A stretch of 64,000 nucleotides of DNA from an uncultured Gammaproteobacteria bacterium (lineage in GTDB: Bacteria; Patescibacteriota; Patescibacteriia; UBA1558; 2-01-FULL-52-15), in the NCBI GenBank assembly GCA_964402565.1, contig CAYOCJ010000001.1, positions 96,079 to 160,078 on the forward strand, read 5' to 3'. The number at the start of each line of letters is the position of its first letter. The stretch's first letter is position 1. The translations under genes were made by a program, and so were the position numbers. Positions 7,829 through 16,259 of this stretch are shown piece by piece. The notes beneath the pieces were generated by a model. The model did not search any database, had not been told where the DNA came from, and was given only the letters and a program-made list of their open reading frames with translations.

Positions 7829-9643
7829 ATGAACGTGCATGAGTTTGCCCGGTTGATCAGAAGCGGCCAGAGAACGACAAGCCAGATCAGCGGCCTATGC
7901 GGCAGGCTGATTCGCGGCAAAAAGCCCGAAGATTTCCTCACGCTGACCGATGATGCCGATCGCAAGATCGTGATGCTCATCGGCCCCGACGGGCTCCAGA
8001 AGATGCCCGGAAAAAACGGCTGGGATATGCTGATGGAAATCGGCTACGAACCCGATTACGCGAAGCACAAGATCGAAGAGGGCTGCCAGTTCAAGCTCGT
8101 GGTGTTCCCGGAAGGTGGACCCGCGAAGCTCGCGACCTGGGACAATGTCCTCGATGAGGTTGTCAGAATTTACCCTGACACTTTCGCTGCGGCGAGCGGC
8201 TACACTTCGGTACTGAAAGAAGAGTCGTTCGCAGTAATCGAGTCTCATGCCGGCTACAGCTTCCTCGAAGTGGAGAAGGCCGGTAAGAACGACCCGCGCT
8301 TCATGACCTACGAACGTTTCCAGCGGTCGAAGATGACATTGGTTGACTTCAGAGCATTCCTGTACTTCAGCGTGCATCTCCGTGAGCTCTTTCGCGGCGA
8401 CGGATACACCGACGCCCAAGGCAAGCGGGGGCCGATGGAATACATCGTCCCCAATCGCCCCCTCGCCGAACTTGGCGAGCTCGAGCTCATCGACATTCCA
8501 GTTTCCATCCCTTCCGCAACCGTCCCCACAGGAGGTTCGAAGATGAAGACGAAACAACTGCCGGTCCCGAGCTTCTATAACCCCGCGAACTCACGCAAGT
8601 GGAGTTACCAGCCTGATCAGGCTGCGCTCTTCCTCGCTGCCGACGCGTATCGCAAGCAGCATGACGTGAAGCCCAAGTCGACGTCCGGTTTCAAGACGCA
8701 CTTGCTGATCATCGACGCGCAACGCGACTTCTGTTTTCCGGAAGGATCGCTGTATGTCGGAGGCCGCAGCGGTACCGGCGCCATGGACGACAGCGATCGC
8801 CTCGCGCAGTTCATCTACCGCGAGGCAGGAACCATCACGGACATCACGACGACGCTGGACACGCACTTCGCGTATCAGATCTTCCAGCCCTGGTTCTGGG
8901 TCAACTCGAACGGGGCGCCGCTCTCCGCGCACACCTTGGTGGTGCTGTCATCGGACGAGCGGAAGCTCAACAATATCGGACTCGATGGCTCGCTCCTGAA
9001 CGAAGACGTGCGTCCGAATCCGGCGATCGCCGAGTGGCTCTGCAACGGCAACTACGGATGGCTCCTGAAGCAGTGCATGTTCTACTGCAAGAAGCTCGCG
9101 GAAGGCGGCAAGTACGTCCTGTACCTCTGGCCTCCGCATTGCATTCTCGGTTCGGAAGGCCATGCGCTCGCCGGTGTCATTCACGAAGCGCGCATGTTCT
9201 TCTCCTTCATCCGCGGCTCCCAGTCCTACTGCGAGGTCAAGGGTACCAATGCCTTGACCGAGAACTATTCGGTCCTGAGCCCCGAGGTGACGGAGCGGTT
9301 CGACGGCAACTCGCTGGATTCCCGCAATACCGATTTCATCAGAACGCTTCTCGAAGCTGATCGCGTCATCATCGCGGGTCAGGCATCGAGCCACTGCGTG
9401 AAGAGCTCGATCGGCGACTTGCTTTTGGACATCCTGAAGCAGGACCCGACGCTCGCGAAGAAGGTGTATATCCTGAAGGATTGCACCTCCGCGGTCGTCG
9501 TCCCGGACGGCAAGGGCGGTTTCGCTGTCGATTTCACAGCCGATGCGGACAAGGCCATGGCCGAGTTCGCCGCTGCTGGTATGAATCTCGTCGACAGTAC
9601 CGCTCCGATCGAGTCCTGGCCCACCGCGGCTGTCACGGCTTAG
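7829..9643 (+). CDS. two-domain protein: unknown N-terminal ~270 aa plus a C-terminal isochorismatase-family cysteine hydrolase (nicotinamidase-like)
   Basis: The C-terminal half has HLLIIDAQRDF (Asp), LDTHF and RVIIAGQASSHCVKSS (nucleophilic Cys), the Asp/Lys/Cys isochorismatase/PncA pattern. A hairpin follows at 9649..9686. Confidence 0.5.
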   Translation: MNVHEFARLIRSGQRTTSQISGLCGRLIRGKKPEDFLTLTDDADRKIVMLIGPDGLQKMPGKNGWDMLMEIGYEPDYAKHKIEEGCQFKLVVFPEGGPAKLATWDNVLDEVVRIYPDTFAAASGYTSVLKEESFAVIESHAGYSFLEVEKAGKNDPRFMTYERFQRSKMTLVDFRAFLYFSVHLRELFRGDGYTDAQGKRGPMEYIVPNRPLAELGELELIDIPVSIPSATVPTGGSKMKTKQLPVPSFYNPANSRKWSYQPDQAALFLAADAYRKQHDVKPKSTSGFKTHLLIIDAQRDFCFPEGSLYVGGRSGTGAMDDSDRLAQFIYREAGTITDITTTLDTHFAYQIFQPWFWVNSNGAPLSAHTLVVLSSDERKLNNIGLDGSLLNEDVRPNPAIAEWLCNGNYGWLLKQCMFYCKKLAEGGKYVLYLWPPHCILGSEGHALAGVIHEARMFFSFIRGSQSYCEVKGTNALTENYSVLSPEVTERFDGNSLDSRNTDFIRTLLEADRVIIAGQASSHCVKSSIGDLLLDILKQDPTLAKKVYILKDCTSAVVVPDGKGGFAVDFTADADKAMAEFAAAGMNLVDSTAPIESWPTAAVTA

Positions 9644-9648
9644 TCCGC

Positions 9649-9686
9649 GTGGCGCGGTGCAGTGCTTACGCGCAGCACCGCGCCAC
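9649..9686 (+). terminator. 12-bp perfect hairpin GTGGCGCGGTGC/GCACCGCGCCAC
   Basis: The inverted repeat was read directly. It is followed by ttaaccgactcatttctttt. Confidence 0.4.
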
Positions 9687-9736
9687 TTAACCGACTCATT
9701 TCTTTTAACGATCGCAACAGATAGAGGGAAAAGACG

Positions 9737-10531
9737 ATGAGCCAAAGTACCGCGAATCCGAAAGATCTCTTCGCTCAGGCAGCAGCCGACGGCATTCTGT
9801 CGCCGGCAGCGTCCCAGGTGATCACGGTCGCGAATGCCGGGACCCGCATCAAGGCGGCCCTCGGCATCAGCGTCGATGACGTGAAGGCAAGCGAGGTCTT
9901 GCTCGTCACGATCATGGTCGACGATTCCGGATCGATCCGCATGGCTGCGGGGAATACCGAAGCTGTTCGCGAAGGACACAATGGGGTCCTGGACGCACTC
10001 GGCGCTTCCAAACAGACGGATTCGATCCTGGTCTGCACCCGGCTTCTGAACGGTGAAGTGATCTGTCCGTACGCGCCGCTTTCAAGCGCCGTGCGTCTGG
10101 ACACTCACAACTACAACCCCGACAAAGGCACGCCTCTCTACGATGAGACGGTCGTGCTTCTGGGAACCGTCCTCGCCAAGGCTCAGGAATTCGTCAACAA
10201 CGGCGTCACAGTCCGTACAGCGACCCTGAACATCACCGACGGTTCCGATCAGCACAGCCGCAAACACGAAGCCGCCGACGTCGCCAAGATAGTCGCTGAC
10301 ATGCTTCGCGAAGAGACCCACATCATTGCCGGCATGGGTATCGACGACGGCTACACGGACTTCAGGAGCATCTTCTCCCAGATGGGCATCCGCGACGAGT
10401 GGATCCTCACGCCGAAGAAGACGCCTTCCGAGATCCGCAAGGCCTTCGCGGTCTTCTCGCAGAGTGCCGTGCGCGCCAGCCAGAGTGCTGCGCAGTTCAG
10501 CACGGTGAGCGTCGGAGGCTTCGGCGGTTAA
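9737..10531 (+). CDS. von Willebrand factor A (vWA) domain protein, TerY-like
   Basis: LLVTIMVDDSGSI carries the MIDAS DxSxS motif. A downstream T and NITDGSD fit the rest of the vWA pattern. Confidence 0.55.
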   Translation: MSQSTANPKDLFAQAAADGILSPAASQVITVANAGTRIKAALGISVDDVKASEVLLVTIMVDDSGSIRMAAGNTEAVREGHNGVLDALGASKQTDSILVCTRLLNGEVICPYAPLSSAVRLDTHNYNPDKGTPLYDETVVLLGTVLAKAQEFVNNGVTVRTATLNITDGSDQHSRKHEAADVAKIVADMLREETHIIAGMGIDDGYTDFRSIFSQMGIRDEWILTPKKTPSEIRKAFAVFSQSAVRASQSAAQFSTVSVGGFGG

Positions 10532-10560
10532 GCAGTTCTTTCAGTAAGTAACCACACTTG

Positions 10561-10606
10561 GGGAGAGGAGTATCCAAAAAACGGATGCTTCTCTCCCTCC
10601 TTTCTC
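10561..10606 (+). terminator. intrinsic terminator
   Basis: GGGAGAGGAG-17 nt-CTTCTCTCCC forms a 10-bp stem with one G:U pair, followed by tcctttctc. Confidence 0.5.
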
Positions 10607-10723
10607 AATAGAGATTTGCATCGAATATATTCGTTGCAGTTCTTTCTTCCCGAGAGACGAACGTTTTTCGGGAAGTGAACATTGAAAATGTTAGTGGAAA
10701 AACTTCGAAAAAAGGAGACCATC

Positions 10724-12109
10724 ATGAAAGAGATCATCAGGGTATTTGGAGGCGGCTTTAACCCTCCAGGTATTCATCATGTGGAAATCGCCCGTGCAGT
10801 ATCAGCGTTGACTCCGCGTGGCACGACCTATGTCATTCCATGCGGACCTCGTCCTGACAAGCAGACGGTGAACGACGTCGATCCTCTTTTCAGAGCAACC
10901 ATGAACGACATGGCCTTTCGAGGCATGCCGAACGTGGTCGTGGACCTTTTTGACCTCGAGCGAAACGTGTTTACGAGAACGCATGAGATCGAACGGCGCT
11001 ATGCTTCGCTGGGCGAAGTATGGCATGTCATCGGTTCCGACTGGTTTGTCGGCGGTGCAAGCAAGTCTTCGCGGATCCAGAAAGATTGGCGACATGGCGC
11101 AGAACTCTGGGATCGGCTGAATTTTCTGGTCGTTTCCCGAAGGGGATACGAGATAGCTCCTGCCGACCTTCCGCCGCACCATAAGCTGGTGACGATCGAT
11201 ACCGGGGTTGCATCGAGCTCGGACATCAGGCTGAAGGCTTTTCAGCGCGAGTCCATTCAGAGCTTGGTGCCTGACGGCGTGTTTCAGTACGTCGAGCGCT
11301 ACGGCCTGTATCGAGGCCGCGCACCGTCACATGCGACCACGCTCGTACTTCCTGAGATGCGGCCTCTGCTGGTATCCGACGCGGATAATCCCCGAGCGCA
11401 GATACTGGCTTCTCAATTCGCCTCTTTCAGCGAACATGAAGCAAACTGCATCGTCGTTGTCGGCGGCGACGGCATGATGCTGCGCGCAGTGAAGGAACAC
11501 TGGCGCAAGCGTTTGCCGTTCGTTGGCGTGAATGCCGGACACCGCGGTTTTCTTCTGAATGAACCATTCGCCAGCGCAAGCGTTTCCGAGTTCAAGATCT
11601 ACCATCTTCCGCTGCTGTCGGTGACCGTAACGTCAGTCGATGGAAGCGTACACAAGCACCTAGCGTTCAATGACGCATGGGTCGAGCGCTCGTCACCGCA
11701 AACAGCCTGGCTGTCCGTAACGGTGGATGGTGTTACTCGAATCGGAAAACTCATGGCAGATGGCGCACTCGTCGCGACCGCATCCGGCTCCACAGCCTAT
11801 GCTCGTGCGATGGGAGCAACGCCTCTTTCGATCGAATCGCCGAACATCGTTCTCGTCGGCAACAACGTGCTCGAGCCCTATGGCTGGAAGGCGGTTCAGC
11901 ATTCGCTGAACTCCGTCATCACGCTGACCTCGCTTGATCCGGTGAAGCGCCCGATCAGGGCCTGTGTCGACGGCTTTTCGATCGAACATGCGGTCGAAAT
12001 GACGATCGCGAAAAGCCACGTGGCTTCGGCGGAACTCGCATTCACCAACAATCGAGACATGGCCTCCAAGATCGCCGAACTTCAGTATCCCGGAGGGAAC
12101 TCGATATGA
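10724..12109 (+). CDS. bifunctional nicotinate/nicotinamide-nucleotide adenylyltransferase (NadD/NMNAT) fused to NAD kinase
   Basis: The N-terminal domain has FGGGFNPPGIHHVEIA (HxGH) and SSSDIRLK (the ISSTxIR motif). The C-terminal domain has IVVVGGDGMMLRA (GGDG), NDAWVER and DGALVATASGSTAYARAMGATP (NAD kinase signatures). aaggag sits 6 nt upstream of the ATG at 10724. The ORF track starts the frame at TTG 10682. Confidence 0.65.
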   Translation: MKEIIRVFGGGFNPPGIHHVEIARAVSALTPRGTTYVIPCGPRPDKQTVNDVDPLFRATMNDMAFRGMPNVVVDLFDLERNVFTRTHEIERRYASLGEVWHVIGSDWFVGGASKSSRIQKDWRHGAELWDRLNFLVVSRRGYEIAPADLPPHHKLVTIDTGVASSSDIRLKAFQRESIQSLVPDGVFQYVERYGLYRGRAPSHATTLVLPEMRPLLVSDADNPRAQILASQFASFSEHEANCIVVVGGDGMMLRAVKEHWRKRLPFVGVNAGHRGFLLNEPFASASVSEFKIYHLPLLSVTVTSVDGSVHKHLAFNDAWVERSSPQTAWLSVTVDGVTRIGKLMADGALVATASGSTAYARAMGATPLSIESPNIVLVGNNVLEPYGWKAVQHSLNSVITLTSLDPVKRPIRACVDGFSIEHAVEMTIAKSHVASAELAFTNNRDMASKIAELQYPGGNSI

Positions 12110-13179
12110 ATTCTCCAGAGCTTTTGTCTCGGATCAAAGGATGTCTCATGGGTGTTGCCATTGGCGACGCCATGGGGATGCCCTGGGAACTCATGACTCC
12201 TGAAGAGATCTCCGCGGCCACGAAGGGTAATGGGGTCAATGGTTTCGCTAACCCAGTTCAGCGCAAGATCAAAGGTACTGCTGCTCATCGGGCAGGCGAA
12301 ACAACCGATGATTGGCAGCTCACCGCTGCGATAACCCGTTCCCTCGTCATGTGCGGCAGCTTCGACACAATCTACGTTGCTCGCGAGCATGTGGTCGAAT
12401 TTGATCGCTGCCAGTTCGGCTGGGGCGGTACCACGAAAACGTCGCTCAGGAACATCAAGAAGTGGTTCGACAGCCGCGGACATGAAGGTCAAAATCCATG
12501 CCAGCCTGCTCCGGACCGAGGTCCGGGCAAAGGCTCTGGTAATGGGGTCGCGATGAAGGTCGCACCGCTTGGCCTCTTCTTCCAGCACGAGGAAGACGAT
12601 GCCATGGCTGAAGCCATTGCTGACCTGGGTCTCATGACGCATTCAGATCCCCGAGCCTGGATTACCGCGTATCTCGTCGCCCGCGTTATCGCAGATGCAT
12701 TGTACACCGGTTATGAGATCGGCCATCAGAAACAATGGGGCCTCGATGCACGGCAGCTTGTCGTCACTTTGATGACACGAGCTGCAGAATTCGAGGAGGT
12801 GACGCCATTTGGAGAAAATGGCGAAGTCGAGGGCAAGGTGACAGGCCGCTGTCTGCAGCTTGCAAGCCTCATTGATTCAAGCGAATTGTACGGCGACGCG
12901 GCGATCGCTCGCCGAACGTTCGGTACTGGCTGCTTCTGCATGGAGTCGGTTCCTTTCGCTCTCGCGACCTTCCTGAGGCATCCGACTGATTTCAAGACGG
13001 GCGTCCTGGAAGCAGTGAATGCCGGCGGTGACACTGATTCGACAGCCAGCATGGTCGGTGCCATGATTGGCGCTAATGTCGGCATCGAGGGCATACCGCC
13101 TGCATGGTGCAATTTCAATCCCAAGTTCCAGGAAGCGATCGACCTGAGCCAGCAGCTTTTCGAAGTAGTTACCCGCTAA
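12106..13179 (+). CDS. ADP-ribosylglycohydrolase family protein
   Basis: The N-terminus CLMGVAIGDAMGMPWE matches the ARH/DraG GxAxGDAxGxPxE motif. The start overlaps the upstream stop as ATGA. Confidence 0.6.
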   Translation: MNSPELLSRIKGCLMGVAIGDAMGMPWELMTPEEISAATKGNGVNGFANPVQRKIKGTAAHRAGETTDDWQLTAAITRSLVMCGSFDTIYVAREHVVEFDRCQFGWGGTTKTSLRNIKKWFDSRGHEGQNPCQPAPDRGPGKGSGNGVAMKVAPLGLFFQHEEDDAMAEAIADLGLMTHSDPRAWITAYLVARVIADALYTGYEIGHQKQWGLDARQLVVTLMTRAAEFEEVTPFGENGEVEGKVTGRCLQLASLIDSSELYGDAAIARRTFGTGCFCMESVPFALATFLRHPTDFKTGVLEAVNAGGDTDSTASMVGAMIGANVGIEGIPPAWCNFNPKFQEAIDLSQQLFEVVTR

Positions 13180-13194
13180 CACAACCCTAACCGG

Positions 13195-13228
13195 AGGAGC
13201 ATTCTAGAAAACTAGAGTGCTCCTCCCG
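13195..13228. terminator. 15-bp hairpin GGAGGAGCATTCTAG-aaaa-CTAGAGTGCTCCTCC
   Basis: Inverted repeat with one G:U pair and no clear T-tract. It may act as a terminator or an RNA-stability element. Confidence 0.35.
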
Positions 13229-13318
13229 AAAGAATATTTGCTGAATACTTTGGCACATGTTCTTTCGCCTATGAATGACGAAAACGTTCATCACAATTAA
13301 CAATAGAGAAAAAGGAGA

Positions 13319-13879
13319 ATGCAGATGAAGCGCGAAACGCTCCATAAGGGTTTTTTGACCGTCGAAAAGATCACCTACGACGGCGGAATCACCAGGGAGA
13401 TCATTCGGGCAAGCAATTCTGTGAACCTTTTGATCTTCGACCGGTCCAATGACGAAGTGATCCTGGTGCAGCAGCGTCGGGAGCCTATGCTCAGTGTACA
13501 CAATCCGACCGGCATGATCATCGAAACCGTCGCAGGACGGTTCGATGTGAATCTCGGCGCGCAGCAGCTCGCGGCAAAAGAGGCTTTCGAAGAGGCCGGC
13601 ATCGAGATCGACCCTTGGGACATCGAGCTCCTGAATAATGGTAAGCCGATGGCTCTTTCTGCGGGCGTTCTCACCGAGTGTGCGTACCTGTGTTTCGTGG
13701 AAATTGACGAGAGCAATAAGCGTCAGTCGGGAAATTTTTTCGGAACGGACCCGGGCGAGCACACCGAACCTGTGCGTATCCCGGTCGTGGCACTCGACAG
13801 AATCGATTTCCAGGATGTTCGCGTCTTCGCACTGGTGCAGTACCTGTTGCGGAAGCTCGAGCAAGAGCAGCGGGGGTAA
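13319..13879 (+). CDS. Nudix hydrolase, probable ADP-ribose pyrophosphatase
   Basis: ETVAGRFDVNLGAQQLAAKEAFEEAGIE fits the Nudix box GX5EX7REUXEEXGU. Confidence 0.6.
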   Translation: MQMKRETLHKGFLTVEKITYDGGITREIIRASNSVNLLIFDRSNDEVILVQQRREPMLSVHNPTGMIIETVAGRFDVNLGAQQLAAKEAFEEAGIEIDPWDIELLNNGKPMALSAGVLTECAYLCFVEIDESNKRQSGNFFGTDPGEHTEPVRIPVVALDRIDFQDVRVFALVQYLLRKLEQEQRG

Positions 13880-13880
13880 A

Positions 13881-15125
13881 ATGCCAACACCGATCATCGA
13901 ATCCCTCATGGACGTGGACTTCTACAAGTTCACTATGGGTTTGGTTGCCTTCAAGAAATATCGGGACGTGCCGGTCCGGTATCGCTTCAAGAATCGGACA
14001 ACGATTGCCGATGCTTCGATGGCAGAAGTCGTTCCTGAGGCACGGCTTCGCGAAGAGCTTGACCACGTCCGAACGCTGCGCTTCACGAATACGGACCTTC
14101 ACTACCTTCGCGGCACCAACGAATACGGCGACCGCATGTTCCCTGAAGACTACCTGCTGTTCCTGAAAGACTTTCAGCTGCCTCCCTATGAGCTCGTGTG
14201 GACTGAAGAACGAAAGGAGCTTGAGTTTTTCGGAGCATGGCCTGAAGCCATGCACTGGGAGACTATTGCCCTTTCGATCATCAACGAGCTGTACTTTAGC
14301 TATGTTTGTTCGGAAGGCAGTCAATTCCGTCGAGATCTGTATCGTGCTGAAGCGATAGGCAGACTCGCTGACAAGATCATGGTCTTGCGCGATCGTCCGG
14401 ATATCACGATAAGCGACTTCGGTACTCGCCGCCGGCTCAGCCGAAGCTGGCAGGAATACGCAGTCGCGTCGTTGGTGGCGGAACTTCCGCCTGGGCAGTT
14501 GCTTGGCACTTCGAATGTGAAGCTTGCCATGGACCTGGGGCTGCTGCCCATGGGTACTTCAGCCCATGAGATGCCCATGGTGCTGTACAGCATCCATCAC
14601 GATACGGATGAAGGAATCCTGAGTGTCCAGCAGCGGGTGCTTCACGATTGGTGGGATACGTACGGTGCAGGTCTTTCGATCGCGCTTCCGGACACATTCG
14701 GAAGCGAGTACTTCTTCCGGACTATGACTGCAGAGCAGGCAGCAGCATGGAAAGGTTTGCGCCAGGACTCCGGTGACCCGATCGTTTTCGGCGAACGCGC
14801 GATTCGGTTCTACGAGTCGCATGGGGTTGATCCGACCGAGAAGCTCATCGTCTTCAGCGATGGTTTGGATGTCCACACCATGCTGAAGATTGCTGACCAT
14901 TTCAAAGGCCGCATCAAGTGCACCTTCGGCTGGGGCACGAACCTGACCAACGACACAAGTATTCCGGCACTTTCGATGGTCATCAAGGTCGTCGAAGCCA
15001 ACGGTCGGCCTTCGATCAAGCTTTCGGATAACCTGGCGAAGGCAAGCGGCGACCCGGCTGAGGTCGAACGAGCCAAACGCGTGTTCGGCTATACCAACAC
15101 GCTGTCACAGGAATGCATCTACTGA
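13881..15125 (+). CDS. pncB: nicotinate phosphoribosyltransferase family protein
   Basis: The N-terminus MPTPIIESLMDVDFYKFTMGL carries the DxYKxTM motif. Length is ~415 aa. The ATG at 13881 falls 1 nt after the upstream stop. The longer track ORF from 13638 is a false 5' extension. Confidence 0.7.
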   Translation: MPTPIIESLMDVDFYKFTMGLVAFKKYRDVPVRYRFKNRTTIADASMAEVVPEARLREELDHVRTLRFTNTDLHYLRGTNEYGDRMFPEDYLLFLKDFQLPPYELVWTEERKELEFFGAWPEAMHWETIALSIINELYFSYVCSEGSQFRRDLYRAEAIGRLADKIMVLRDRPDITISDFGTRRRLSRSWQEYAVASLVAELPPGQLLGTSNVKLAMDLGLLPMGTSAHEMPMVLYSIHHDTDEGILSVQQRVLHDWWDTYGAGLSIALPDTFGSEYFFRTMTAEQAAAWKGLRQDSGDPIVFGERAIRFYESHGVDPTEKLIVFSDGLDVHTMLKIADHFKGRIKCTFGWGTNLTNDTSIPALSMVIKVVEANGRPSIKLSDNLAKASGDPAEVERAKRVFGYTNTLSQECIY

Positions 15126-15136
15126 TTTTTTCTCTC

Positions 15137-15214
15137 GCGGTGGAGGTTTGGACCACAAGTCCCCTCCACCGCTCCTTCTTCGAAAAACTGACTCCGTTGG
15201 TTCTTCGAAGAAGG
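15137..15214 (+). terminator. tandem hairpins after pncB
   Basis: GCGGTGGAGG-16 nt-CCTCCACCGC at 15137..15172 and CCTTCTTCGAA-19 nt-TTCGAAGAAGG at 15174..15214 are both perfect inverted repeats. Confidence 0.45.
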
Positions 15215-15277
15215 AATTGTTCTTTCACATTTCAACAGGAATATAAAACCATCGCAGTATTGCGACGGGGGTGATCT

Positions 15278-16246
15278 ATGCGTCGACATCCGGTTGTGTT
15301 CGCCTGTCCGCAAATGCATCCGATATGGACCGGCATGGCTGTTTCATCAGTCGGAGGTCCGTGCAGCGGAGGTAAGATCCGCTGGGATTCGTTCAACGAC
15401 GGTTGGCCGAACATCAAGATCGATGACACGAGCGTGGTCGAAGGACATGACATCGTTTTTCTCGCGTCATTCGCCAAGCCAGGGGACATTTTCGAGCAAT
15501 GCGGCATTCTGTATGCATTGCCCAGCTATGGCGCTCGGTCGCTTACGGTCATTCTTCCTTTCTTTTCGACCGGCACCATGGATCGTGTCGATCAGGACGG
15601 TGAAATTGCCACAGCAAAAACTCTGGCGCGGATGCTTTCTCAGATTCCGCATTGCCACGGTTCAGGGCCGGCGCAAATCATCATTCTCGATATCCATGCC
15701 CTGCAGGAGCAGTTCTACTTCAGCGACAATGTGCGCGTGAAGCTCATCAGCGCCATGCCGGCGATCCGCGATGCCATCGTTCACAAGCTCGGGCGCGACG
15801 TCAGGATCGCCTTTCCCGACGAAGGAGCGCGGAAGCGTTTCAAGAAATTCTTCGAAGGATTCGAACTCATCACGTGCGACAAGCGGCGCGAAGGCGACAA
15901 GCGCATCGTCACTATCAAAGACGGCGACCCTTCTGGTAAGAACGTTGTCATCGTTGACGATCTGATCATGAGCGGCGGAACAGCTATAGAGTGCGCTGCT
16001 GTTCTGCGTGCCGCAGGAGCATCTACGGTTAGTCTGGCTGCCACACATGCGGTTATGCCAGGGGATGCCCTGTACCGTATGAAGCAGTCGCCTCTCGATC
16101 ACATCTGGGTGACAGATTCATGTCCGCGGATTGCAGAGAATATTACTGTACTCACCGATCAAAAGATCGCACACCCGTTCACGATGATTCCTTTGAGCCA
16201 TCAGTTCAAGCGAGTCGTCTACGACGTCAGTGTGCGCAATCTCTAA
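15278..16246 (+). CDS. ribose-phosphate pyrophosphokinase family protein (PRPP synthetase-like)
   Basis: NVVIVDDLIMSGGTAIECAAVLRAAG is the PRPP-binding loop. The N-terminus is atypical for canonical Prs. Confidence 0.6.
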   Translation: MRRHPVVFACPQMHPIWTGMAVSSVGGPCSGGKIRWDSFNDGWPNIKIDDTSVVEGHDIVFLASFAKPGDIFEQCGILYALPSYGARSLTVILPFFSTGTMDRVDQDGEIATAKTLARMLSQIPHCHGSGPAQIIILDIHALQEQFYFSDNVRVKLISAMPAIRDAIVHKLGRDVRIAFPDEGARKRFKKFFEGFELITCDKRREGDKRIVTIKDGDPSGKNVVIVDDLIMSGGTAIECAAVLRAAGASTVSLAATHAVMPGDALYRMKQSPLDHIWVTDSCPRIAENITVLTDQKIAHPFTMIPLSHQFKRVVYDVSVRNL

Positions 16247-16259
16247 GGAAGGAGGAACT

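Noticed and set aside
10646-10675. Hairpin CTTCCCGA...TCGGGAAG upstream of nadD-nadK as a possible riboswitch or attenuator
   Set aside because: It is a single short 8-bp stem ~50 nt before the start, with no recognisable riboswitch core. It may simply be part of the preceding terminator region.
13638-13880. Long 5' extension of the pncB ORF (495 aa in the track)
   Set aside because: The extension overlaps the Nudix gene in another frame. The PncB DxYKxTM N-terminus begins at the ATG at 13881, 1 nt after the Nudix stop.
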